From Antedon mediterranea (Eukaryota > Animalia > Echinodermata): a stretch of 64,000 bases of DNA. The translations under genes were made by a program, and so were the position numbers. Shown one piece after another: positions 13,129 through 26,700 of this stretch; positions within the stretch are counted from its first letter, which is position 1; each line of letters begins with the position of its first letter. The stretch lies in NCBI RefSeq assembly GCF_964355755.1, contig NC_092672.1, positions 22,209,237 to 22,273,236 of the forward strand. The letters run 5' to 3'. The notes beneath the pieces are model-generated. The model was given only the letters and a program-made list of their open reading frames with translations. It was not told the DNA's origin and did not search any database.

Positions 13129-15846
13129 GTTTGACCTTTTAACCCTGTACTTCCGATACTGTGTTTTGAATGCAAATTGAAGAACAGGAGATTCTTGTGT
13201 TATCAGTTCTTTGCTTTGATGGAGATGATGATACATAAAACAGTTATAAAGCCTATCAAACATACAGTGCTAGTTGATGGTGATTATTTGCTTTTTGTTA
13301 AAATAAAAGTAAATAATAGTCAACCAGAAATAAAACTTGGTTTACTAAAGCTTTGGTTGCCAACGCAATGTAGGTGCTACGCAAGTGCGTTGACCAATAA
13401 CAAGCAACAATTCAGATAATCCATCACATTCTGATTTGTAAATTTGCTTGATTTAATTTACAAAAAAATTGCATAGACTACAGACAAATGGACAGACTAA
13501 ATGTTGGGACAAACAAACTTATTACATGCAATTATTACTTACAAAATAATTTGGGATTTACACTACCCATCTGAATATACATACACCTTAATCTGAATAC
13601 CTTGTCCAACATGATTACAGTGTTTAAACAGCGAATAATACTATGCCTTTGTAGATTCATTTCATAACATAGTTTCATTCCATTAAAACTACAATAGTAA
13701 CATTATCGTATAACCTATATAACCTACCACTTTTTTTAATAGAATAAACCAAATGATATCATCTCTTTAACTATTTAATACACAATAACATCTACCCGTC
13801 TACATATGATAGTGCAACGTGTCAATCACAGCTAAAGACACCCTTGTACACCTTTGTGTCTTATTATTCAATGCATTTCAACACAATGCTGCTCAGACAC
13901 CACCTATATTATTCTACTTGAGTTTGCTAGATCATCATATAAAAGTGCATTATGATGAGATCAGATTGTTTTTATATAATTGTACTTTATTAATAATTAT
14001 AATATTGACAAGCATTCTGATGTTTGTTCATGGTTGTGCAGAGCCATGATAAATACAATTGTCACAGCTTGAATAAGGTAACACTAACAGGGAGAAAATT
14101 AAATGAAAACCTTCCTCAATAATATTTCTCTGCTCAAATGCTGGATTGTAATGAGTTTTTAATATTAAATGTGTCTATATAATTTATTGTTTGTTAAGTA
14201 GGTCTTTTAACATAGTGATGTTTAATGTGAAATGATTAAATGTATTCAGAGTGAGATCTGCCAATGTAAATTATCTTAATTAAAGTCATTTACATTAAAA
14301 ACTTTCAATTGTATTTCTATTATATTTTATCAATTTTAAGTGCTGTTCTTAAAATACAATTGCAGTCTACCAAATCATGGAGCTATAAAGCTCAATGAGA
14401 CTAAAAACTGTTAACTTTTATGATGTACACAGCCTATTTAATACTTAGTTGAAATGCCATTATTATACATTTTTAATCATTGATTTATTTAGAGAAATTA
14501 ATAAAACTTCACCAGAAGTTTTAGAATGGTCATATCAGTTGTATTTTGATTATTTATACTACTATAACAATATATGTTCACATTTTGTAGTAATACACTA
14601 CCAACATGTATAGATATTTACAATACCCATCTGAATAATTATACTACACCTTAATCTGAATACCTTATCCAACCTGAATACAGTATTTATACAGCGAATA
14701 CTGTTTTGTAGTTTCATTCCATAAAACCATAATTTAACATCAAATAAATAGTCATAAAATTAATCTTCTTTATTTTAATAGATTCATCTCTTTGTTTTCT
14801 TTTGAAAAAGATTTTAATACACAAAAAAAAAACCCCCAAACAAAAACATCTACCCTGTATGTGATGATACACATGGGGTCAGATCATTTTTCTATTCGAC
14901 CTATTCGCTATCCGTCGCTAGGACAGAATAATCTGGATTTTTTTTGTTTTACATTAATCCAAATTAATCAACTACCACACTTTATTTCAAAGGATAACAT
15001 TTTTAGTATAATTATTTTTTTTGTTAAATAGTTGCATAATTTAGTTCCTTGTGATTGTATAAATTCATCATCAACTTTTTTTATCTGTATTATTTTTTTT
15101 CCATTCCACATTTCATAATTTTGTAAAGTTGTGCACCTACTATTTTTTTTTTAAACGTCAGAGTTGCGCAACATTTCTTGCGCGCGATTTTATGAATTTA
15201 AATGATTGATCATAGATTAAAAACCAAACGTCATTTTGTATTGACACATTTTTAATTTAAGTCATATCAAGAGTCAACTTTCTGTAGATTAAAAATGCCA
15301 TGTTTCACACAAAATTACGCGCACAAGATTTTTTCTTACAACCAACACCTGTACTTACTGTAACTAGTAATGTGTATTCTCAGTTTGTGAACTTAATTCT
15401 CTTGAATTTTTCATTATAAGCCTTAAAAGAATTGAAAAGTCAATTAAACCATATCTAATTTTATTTTAATGACTTACTGATTTTGATTTCAAATGCATTA
15501 TGGCAACTCATACATGCTGATTGCATTGTTAACCCTCTTTCACATTGACTATTCTTTTTATTGTACAAGTTACTAAATGTTTTAGTTTACTTAATTCACT
15601 TCCCACAACCTTAATCAATAATCACCTTGACAAATTTCAATATAAATTTACCTCCTGGTTCATCCTGTTTTTCATCACTGTTTTCCTCCTTGTACTCTAT
15701 TTGCACAAACATACTTTGCCTATTACTGTATATTATTCTTAATAGTTGTTGTTTACAATAGTGATGAAAGCATTAATTTTGAAAATTTCTGTAATTTCGC
15801 GTGGAAGTAATCATATTTATCTTAATTTATGTCATGTTCATCCCAC

Positions 15847-16818
15847 CAAAATCTGATGATGAAAACAGTTACCATGAAATTAGTACTTATGTAGAAACAA
15901 GGCTATATAAAAAAAAGGATAGATTCAGGGTTTAACAAAATATATGACATAATCAATTTTAACCGGCTGAAAACATCTATTGAAATCCTCCATACATTAT
16001 GTAGAAGAGCTAACTGACTCTTGGATTATGCTTTATTAGTTGATGCCATTCCAAAAGATTGTATAAGTATAATTAAGAATCATAACAACAATATGTCATT
16101 ATAACAATTAAATAACACATAACACATAACAGCAAAATGTATACTCATGCTTTAAATCAAAAGCTATTACTTCTCGTGTTTTAAACAAATGGAATGTTGC
16201 TCTCAATGCCCAAAACATAAATCTGATAAAGAAGATGAAAAATGGAAAAATATACTAAATTATAAACCATTACATAAAATTGTTCCAACTAACTTACAGC
16301 TGTATTTGGAAATTGAAAAAAATGAATGTTATCAAAATCTGATGATGAAAACAGTTACCATGAAATTAGTACTTATGTAGAAACAAGGCTATATAAAAAA
16401 AAGGATAGATTCAGGGTTTAACAAAATATATGACATAATCAATTTTAACCGGCTGAAAACATCTATTGAAATCCTCCATACATTATGTAGAAGAGCTAAC
16501 TGACTCTTGGATTATGCTTTATTAGTTGATGCCATTCCAAAAGATTGTATAAGTATAATTAAGAATCATAACAACAATATGTCATTATAACAATTAAATA
16601 ACACATAACACATAACAGCAAAATGTATACTCATGCTTTAAATCAAAAGCTATTACTTCTCGTGTTTTAAACAAATGGAATGTTGCTCTCAATGCCCAAA
16701 ACATAAATCTGATAAAGAAGATGAAAAATGGAAAAATATACTAAATTATAAACCATTACATAAAATTGTTCCAACTAACTTACAGCTGTATTTGGAAATT
16801 GAAAAAAATGAATGTTAT
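15847..16818. repeat. Near-perfect 486-bp tandem duplication within a decayed L1/Tx1-like LINE remnant
   Basis: 15847-16332 repeated at 16333-16818; contains LDYALLVDAIPKD and is followed by ECYICVIEN*KHMFF, resembling the L1/Tx1 ORF2 C-terminus (LINE call less certain than the duplication). Confidence 0.85.
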
Positions 16819-17667
16819 ATATGTGTTATTGAAAATTAAAAGCATATGTTCTTTTATATTGTATACATAACAAATTATGGAAAAATATTGATAACATTTT
16901 TATAGGAATAGACAATAGCAGAAGTTCATTAAAGTAGGGCCTACCTCTTTAATGCAGGCTCAGATTGTCTACAGTATATACATATACAGTTCAATGCTTT
17001 AAGTATCTAATACCTTGCAATTGTATATTCTTTTAACAATCATAAATCATACAGGTTTGATAATGCATTTTTTCTCATATTGGTATAATTTTCTAACAAT
17101 TTGAAAAAATAGGTTTTTATCAAGTCAATACTGTATTCAAATTTAGGAACAGCTTAATCACAAAATAATGGGATCATTGTGCACTTTGTAATATTAACAA
17201 TTCATTATAATGATGTATTGATACTTTAACACTTTTTTATTGTATCTTGAACTTTGTTGTTATCATTGATACAATAATACATGAATCAAGTGTCAACAAT
17301 TATAGAGCATTCATATTAACAGTTAATGTTGACTGATATGATTTTACTGTACCTTTCATCTCATCCTGAAAATTAAAAAAGTAAATAAAAATTAATAAAA
17401 TATTAAAAATAATACAAATATAAATAAGGCTGATATTGATGATATTGATTGCAATTTGCCTAATGAGGTTTGATGATTAAAATGAGAACTCAACAGGGTA
17501 AATTTTCAATACAAGATGTAGGCCTACTGTAAGTAATAATAACCTGTCATTCTTTTAAAATACAAAATAAATTGGCAAATTGATGGTAAATACCACTTAA
17601 AAGAGTTTATATGAAAATATTTGTATGATAAAATTGAATTATTATCATATGCATTTATTATTTTTAG

Positions 17668-17766
17668 AATGGAAACACACCTCTGATTGAAGCTGCATTT
17701 AAAGGTTTTCATGAAGTCTGCTTGGTCCTTCTCAATAAGGGAGCTGATGTAAATCACCAAAACGAG
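17668..17766 (+). CDS. Gene 1 exon: ankyrin repeat (99 nt, phase 0-0)
   Basis: ttttag|NGNTPLIEAAFKGFHEVCLVLLNKGADVNHQNE|gtac; canonical 33-aa ANK. Confidence 0.92.
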
Positions 17767-20700
17767 GTACTTTCACACATTGTATTTCAAACATTTTTAA
17801 ATATAGGTGGCCAGTACAATTAAATTAATAATTTATGTTTAGTGTCATTGATACCGGGATTGTAGGATAATTCAAAGTTAGTACTATTTCAAAATCTAGA
17901 CTATTAGTATATTTAAATTTGTTTGAAAATGTATACCACAAATATTTGTTGACATGTGCACAACAAATAGTTTGTTTATTTTGCTTTGTTATCCTATTTT
18001 GTAAAGAAATTAATCAGAGCCTTATCATTAAAGTTTACATTATTTATATATGCATGTGTTTATTTACATATTTCTTGGTAGCAGAAATGAAGCTCACCTT
18101 ATTCTGTCATGTATTTCCTCACAGTGGTTTGAATTCAGTACAGTACATTGCATTTCATATGCCATTTCTAATGCCTTACTGTACTGTATATTTTTCCCCC
18201 TTAGGTCAGAATAGCATATACAGTAGCTTGTTAGGTTGAGTTAATTCATGGAGGTTTGAGCAGGGTTTTTGGGGTTTGTGCAGTTTAGCAATACCCCTGT
18301 GTTATTGATCTTGATCATCAAGTTAGTGAGTGTTTTAATATATTCCTGTCAGTCTTAATGGCAATATGCTATATGGTGACAACAATAATAATACATAGCC
18401 GGGTCATTCTTCAGTAAGTGTCTAAAATCGTGTCCCGATACTTTGGTGGGATAGAGACTGAAAATTCATCATTAAAAAATAAAAATTCTTAACTTAAATC
18501 ATAATCAACATTATTGTAAATATAATTAATTACATAAAACAAAGATAATTACATTGATATTGTTAAATTTTATAAAAATGTTTCAGGCAACCCCCTAAAA
18601 TCCTATGTCCCGATCGTACATCTTCAATTTTATGATCGCCGTATATATTTGATAACAGGACTTTTGTTATCGAAAATATTGTAAAAAGTTAGTTAATCAT
18701 GATGTCATGCGATTATATTCTTCGAAATACATCTCTACATACATTAAATCTCAAACTTTAAAGTTTTTGTTTGGAAAAAGCTTGTCCCGCAGTTTTGTGT
18801 CATTTCCGTCACATAATTTAAATGTACCGTCTACAGTTTAATGAACGGCGGTGAAAAAAATTGACTGTGCGTTGTAAACATACGAAGCTATTGAAATTAA
18901 ACTAGCCGCACATCATTTTCAATAAAAGAGGAAAAAAGCTAAAAAAAACGAGGTTTTAGAAAAATTACAGCTGCGTACCTTTATTGAATGTCATATTCGA
19001 ACGGTATAGAACTCATTAAATAATTATAATTTCTGGTTTTTTTCAACTGGAAGTACAAGTTATTCACGGTATCTAGAAGTATGCAATCCGTCTCCGCTGT
19101 CAGACATGCCTACGATGTGATCCTAGGCTGTCCAATGCTAAATACATCATCTCCGTCACGGTCAGCTCCGTCACATTTCCCAATGTTTCGTTTTGACGGA
19201 GATGACGGCCCGTGACGGATATGACTTTTTGTTATTGCCAGGGCCTTTTTTTGTTGTACATTTTGTTTTGTATATCTTTATTATGTTATTACATTGTATA
19301 TCTATGTGACTCTGGTCAATAAACATAATCAAATCATATCTTAAAGTCATCTCCGTCACATGATTTTTTAGATTCGTCATATCCGTCACGGTTTCATCTC
19401 CGTCACATGGATATTTTATCCTTTTAAATCCTAAAATATTTAAGTAATGAACGCAATTATGTGGTATATTGAAATATAAACAATAGTCTTCTACTATGTC
19501 AATGGATAGTAATATTAGTTCAACAGAATTTTGTAAAACATCAGTGACAGTCTATTTTCTGAAAATTATTATTTTTTGGAATATTAAATGGTTTTGAACG
19601 TATAACATCATACTTATAAATGTTAAAACAATCATTTTTTGATTAATAGAGACAAAAATAATATATAGTATCAAAGAATTAATAATGGAAATAATTTTAT
19701 AATTCCTGAACCGTTAATTTTTCTATCTTTGTATATTCCATTAAATGTGACGGAAATGACAGTAACATAGAACCATGTATATATAAATACGAATAAAATA
19801 CGAAATATATAATAAAGATTGCACCAAACATACGCTTGCCATGTAATACATGTTCATTTATCTGCATAAACTTTTAAAATTTAAAAAATGCAAATTTTAA
19901 AATCGATTTTTTATAAACCTGAAATTAGACACTTACTGAAGAAAGACCCAGCCATGTCCTATATTGAATCCCAAATTCATAAGTTTTTATGTAGACTTTG
20001 ACAATATTATTTGCATACAAACCAGCAGCCACTTCCAGACATGAGGCACTTTTGCGCTACCTAACAGGTAAAAGGCAACGCAATAGGGGGCGCAATTGCG
20101 TTTGCAAAGGAGTTCACAATAACACTGGAAGCTAAGTTTCTCAAAGGTATGACCCCTTTTAGCAATGGGCTTAGCATCCAGTGAAGCTAAAATCGTGACA
20201 TTTTGATGCCGGACATAACTACTAATTTCACCCCATCATTTCCCACACTTGTGTTACCAAGTCCTCGGTAATATACCTCATAATGCTGCACCTCCCCGTA
20301 TGGAAATATTTAACAGTGACTTTTATATTCATACAGCAAAAACTGGATAACAAGATATGAAGCAACAAACAAAAATTTATATAAAAATATCTTACACAAA
20401 GAATGAATAGGTTCACATTAAAAAAAATTGATACACTTTGTGGTGATTGGCCATTGTATTGGTCTAAGTTTAAAAATGACTTCACAAGCTTTGTTCGATC
20501 GCATTTAAAAAATAAATTTTCAATCAACAATTCTGATAATTATTAGAACTGTGCATATACTGGACTTATACAAATGCACAGAGTAATTGTTTGTTTTTTA
20601 TAATCGTCTACCGCCTACTGTCTCATGTAAAACTAGGTTCCTTACTCCAAACATGACTTTGAGTTAACAACTCATAAACTATTATTTTGTTATTGTTGAA

Positions 20701-23700
20701 AGAGAAATTGAACTTGAATCACCTGGTTTCCACCTTATACATCCTTGAAACTCATCAAGACACAGATACAATCACTCATAAATTTATACAATTTATTGTA
20801 ATACTTTCTATTATTTTGTATATATATTTCTTTTAATGCAAAATCAATCTGCAAATGTTGCATGGCTCTTATCATCAGACCAGGTACATTGCACCTATTT
20901 TTATCTCATATTTCAAACTCATTGTCAACAGTTCTTCAACAAAATTGGCTTCATTGTCTGTAGTGTTATATTGAATATTGAATATTTTGATTTTAATTAT
21001 ATAATTTTTGATATGAATTGATTTTTTGTAAAATAACATAATATTAAGTACGATCTAGTTTCCTTAATAAACCTTGTAGTTGAATGTCTCATAAACATCC
21101 CATTATTCTTATAATTTTGTTATCAATATTTTGTTCTAACCATCAATTCATTTGTAATATTTAAAAAAAGCAAATTTAAATTTTTAGTTTAATTTAGTGA
21201 TTGAAGCATGAAAGTATAAAATAGTGCTGTATGTGAATACAGTGTAATTCAAATGCTTTTGGTTAATATTTTAACTAATTTCATAAAATTCAAATCATTT
21301 TCTTTGCATCTTTTATTCACCACTGATGTAATTGTAATATATGTTATGTTATTAATGCAACTCTTAATAGGTCAAGGGTCAAATAATAAATATATAATTG
21401 TATACTATTTATTTTCACAATGTGGCTAGAGCAACTATCATTTAACAATGTTATTGCTGCCATAGTTTACTTTAACGTATCTATATTGATGTTCTTTTAT
21501 ATTAGAAAGTAAGTTGCAGATATAATTATAAACTCCTTGGTTGTTTAGGAAATTGTACAATAACCACTATAAAATGGTTCCATTTCCAGTTCACAGAGTA
21601 TTTAAACATTTCATAAGTTAATTACATTTGTTTTAAACATGCTTAAAAAATGTCAATATAAAATACAGTAACTATTAATATCATGATGATGCACAATAAC
21701 ACTGATATGTCTACATCATTCATGATTGTTTTTGTTTATTTGAAATTGGAATTTGCACTATTGCAGTATAGTAGAAGAAAAGAGAAAGAGTAAAAAATTA
21801 TAATCATAAAAGATTGCCTTTGTTAAAACCACAAGGGATTTAATAGATTACAGTTATGTATTGTTAGGGAAATACAGTTTTAGTTCAACAGAAGATTGTA
21901 CCCCTGGAACTCTTTAAGTAAAAAAAAAAAGGTTAAATATTGGATTCCCATATTGTTGTTTGAGTAGTGGTTTCCTTGATTACTTTTTTCCCTTAAAAAT
22001 ATTCAGTATGGTTTGTGCACATTATTGTCATCTTTTTTTTCTAGGATGGTAACACAGCCCTGCGTTCCTGTGCTATGAGTGATCTTACTTACGATGAGCA
22101 CAGAAACACTATGGTGTTTTTTATAAAGGCTCATGGTAGAGGTATTATTTCAAATAAAAATAAGGTAAACTATTTGAGTTAAAACAATTAGAATAATAAC
22201 AATACTTTTATTAAATAAAAATTAAATGATATTCATTTTTCATAAGAGTACTCTTTTTGTAAATGTTGGACCTGTTTATTCCATAACATATTTTCATGGT
22301 ATTTGTAAACCTCCATAGGCCAATTTATACTTTCCTCCTTCCCTGTAAGTTATGACATAATATTAATAATTAGATTAAATCAGATATATTAATTCCAGGT
22401 TATGATCAAAGGTATTACCTTAATGATTAAATGCGTGATAGTGTCTGCTTTTGCAATGATTATAATTAATATTTTTAGAATGAAGTGTTCTTGATAAATG
22501 TTGTATAGCTGTACCAAAAATACTTTGTTTCCATCTCAATATTGTTGTTCATAGTGCTAAACTGACCATCTAATTTGAATGCATTGAAATTTATACATTC
22601 ACTTTTATTTATTTGCTTTTACATATTTATTATTTTATTAAATATATCTAATTTGAATGAAATACAAATAATAATATTAATTCTACCGTATATCAATCAT
22701 TGTTTTATTTACATTTTTAGTTTATGAAAAGTAGAAACTTGAGGATTGTCACAGTCATGCCTATTGTTTTTATGATGAATTTTGTAATCACTAATTTTAT
22801 ACTTGGATTCTTACATTTTATATCTTTGATTGTCAGAATGGCAAATCTGTTATTGATTTGTACATTACAAATGTATGTGGAAAATATGAAGATGTCGAAT
22901 CCCAAAAGGAAGAAGTAATGAAATTGTTGAAAGGTTTGAAAGTTTAAATACAGTACAAAACAAGTTTGTTCCACAAAATGCTTTGATAAGTAATCTTGAA
23001 AGCAGTGATTATCCATCCCAAATTGAAATAATAATAATGCCTATATCAAACAAATAGAATTTATTACAGTTATAATAATAAGAATAATTTCTTTTATGTA
23101 TTTATATATACATCGTTGATTTTACAGAAAGTAAAATAGATCAATTAATTTCAAAGAACACCATCTCAAAAAGAACCCTATCCAATTGCTGATTACCTAG
23201 ATTGTTTTACTCATTTATTACATTAAACAATACTATTGATGAATTTGGTTAAAAACTGTTTTTTTTATATTAGTATAAAATTAACAAAAACAGCATTCTT
23301 AATCTGTTTCTTGTAGCCTTCTTTGTTATTCTTATTTGTATTGTATTGTATTCTAATCTATAGCATATTATAATAAAAAATACAAAATTAAAATACAAAA
23401 ATACAATTCTCTGATTGTTTATTGAAGGAATTAATGTAAAGCATTGCCTGCCTAAAAGTTACTTTGCAAAATAAAATGTTTAAAATGTTGATCTTTATCT
23501 TATTTCCAATATGGTATGTCTTTTTTTTTATTATAAAAGAGCTTCATCAACTTTATATCATACATTCTACTTTCTTTTAGGTGGACCTTTACCAGAAATA
23601 TATTTCACATCGTCAGGTATGAGTATTCACCCATACCATGTCGTACTTCGTGACATGATTTGACACACTTTAGTGTGTAATAAAGAATGTAGAATTATTT

Positions 23701-26700
23701 ACATTTTTACGCAAAAATTGTTGCTTTAAACTACATTGTCATTATTCAGTCTACAATCCTTTATGAGGAATATTTCAGCTCAGAGCTGCAATTTAACCCA
23801 GGACTCCAGGATTCATAGGCAAACATGTTACTTGGGAAGCTTGGATGAAATCTGTTTAAACCATATGTACTTTAATATTTAAAATTGCTATAATATATTA
23901 TCTTTTGAGAATTATTAGAATATCTTTTTTTTGTAGATATAACAACTAAAGATATTTTACATGTAGCTTACAACATGTCCAATCAGTTTGAAGAACTAGC
24001 TGAATGTCTTGGATTCAAACAGGAAGATATTGATTCCTTCCAGGTCAATTCAGTTAACAAAGCAACTTCAATGTATAAGATGCTGAACGCCTGGTACAAG
24101 ACAGTACAAGTTACTGAGTCCAGGCGTTCACAACTTTGTAGAGCTGTCAGGATAGCAGGTCGGCATGATTTGGCTGATGAAATTGAAAGTAAGTGACACA
24201 TTACAGGTTAGGTTACTTCCCTCAAACCTTTAAACTGACTATTCCATAACTTTAAGGGGAAGATTTGTTAAGAGACAGCTGCAGTAAAAGTTTTAAAAAA
24301 TCCAACAACACAATATAATCCTTGATTTTAAAATTAAACATATACAAATTAAGCTAACTAACAATATGAGAACAAATTAAACAAATGAATATAGTATACC
24401 ATATAAGTCCATTTCGCCTGTCTCATGAAGGAAGGGGATTATCAACAATGGATTAACATATATACATTATTTTCATTTTAGAACTAATGAGCCTATTTTA
24501 ATTTTGCAAAAATACTGAATACACAATATGTATACAACATTTTTTATTAATTTCAGATCTAGCTTTACTGTATTAGTTGTATTTTATTGTTTAAATAATA
24601 AAATGTAGAACTGTATGTGCTTAATAAACTGTATAACTAATACTTATTTTATTTCTGAGTAGAAATAGACATCCCTTATGCCATATCTGCTCGTGGTAAA
24701 GAAGTTGAAAAAGCTTACATTGAAGCATTGAAAGAAGGTCAAGTTGAAGTGAATCTTGGAATGCTCAAAGTGATTGGTCAGGAAGGTGTGGGCAAAACTT
24801 GCCTGATCAATGCCTGTCTTGGAAAGGAGTAAGTATAAGTTAAGCTTATAAATAATGATAATAGTGTTATAGTATTGTAACATTTTATCTGCCTGGATGA
24901 GGTATTTTCAAGTTTGAGCTAATTGGTATCTGGTAATAGTCTGGTATCTTTGGAGGATCAGGACTGCCTACCATCGGGTTTCTCCCTTGAAATCTTACCA
25001 TATCTATCCACCAATCAGCAGTCTCACAGCAGGACTGTTCCATAAATAAAGTGGTGTCAAAGTCTTAAGGCCCATTTAAACTACAACAATAACGATTGAC
25101 AATAAATAAATAAGCATGAATGTCTCTTACAAAAACAAAAGAAATTAGAGAAGTTTTTCTAAAACTAGTGGATTTATGCTGTTTTTGTTAAAAATAATAT
25201 TTGTTAAAATCCAATCAAATGACGTCATGCATAATAAAACCAAAAAATCATTGTATTGTCACAATATTATTGCTCTTACTAATTATGACGTCATTTTTAA
25301 TCATTGTATTGTCACAGTATTATTGCTCTTACTAATCATGACGTGATTTTTTTGGACGTGTGAAAGGAAGCAAAGATGGTTATCCTTTAGTTTTGCATTT
25401 TATATATATTTTGTTTTATGTATGACAAATGCATATTTATCTATCATTGATCGTTATCATCCTAGTGTAAATGGGCTTTTACATAGAGGTACCAAATTCG
25501 CTACAGCGTAAACTTCAGAAAACTTCAATCAGTGTATCTAATAATAAATGTTTTAATATATACAATGCTTTTACCTTATATCTACTTTTTAAAATGTTTT
25601 TGATTCTAATTAATAGCTTGACCACATTTTTCATAATATTAGGAAAGCTATATCGATTCAAATTAATTAAATTAAATTTCAGTATATCACCGGGCGGTTT
25701 AGAATTAATGTTCTTTGCCTGATGTGTTTATATATGTATATTATATATACTTTATGTATTTGTTTGTTTAACATGTTCTTTATCTGAAATATTCAAGCAA
25801 ACATACCAACAAGCAAATTACAATTTTGATAATTTTATTTAAAATGTATTGATATTATTCAATTTAAAATGTTAAACAACTTGATCTAAATTCATACTTG
25901 GATGATCAATAATGTTTTTATTATATTTCAGATTTAACAAAGAGCATTTAATAACAGATGGTATTGCTGTGATTAAAACAGTAGAAACAAAGGCTAAAGA
26001 ACAAAACAACTGGACAGAGGATCTTACAGATGATAGTGGTAAAAATGAATAAATTAAAGTATCATCATCATTATCCTCATCAAAGTAGACAAGCAAAATG
26101 AAGAGGGATAGATCATAAAGTCAGTCCATTTAAAGTGTGGCATTGTGTTTAATATTAGTGTTCATATACTGTAATTCACCAAGTTCAATTTTCAGGAATA
26201 AATCATATCATTTCCTTAATAAATCTAATTAATTTAATTAACAATGGCTCTAACAAACTTTTCCTAAAAAACTAAAATTAATTAAGCAACATTGTAACAA
26301 ATCCATCACTTAAATATCTCCTTAATATTCAGTAAAATATAAATAGTTATTAGTGAGAAACTGAAAACTAAATGATAGCACATATTGTTATTAAAGGCGG
26401 AACAATTTGTGTATTTTGGAATATAGAGGTTTATGAAACCATTATAATATAACATGAATTGTTTTTAGGTCACTTTTATTAACAAGGAATTTATAATGTG
26501 ATACAAACACTTCTAAAAATTCTTTTTGATGATCAGTCTTTTCAAAATGTATAAAGTTTTTGTTAAATAAATGTTTTTGAGAAAATAAAGTTGAAAGAGT
26601 TTCACACCTTGGTATATGGTCAGCCCAAAAATAAGATTTTATTAATACTAATAGGCAATTACATAATATAAACTCTTATTCATTTTCAGGAAATCCAATT

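Noticed and set aside
14041-14077. Possible short exon SHDKYNCHSLNK|gtaaca
   Set aside because: Splice-like sites only; no domain support.
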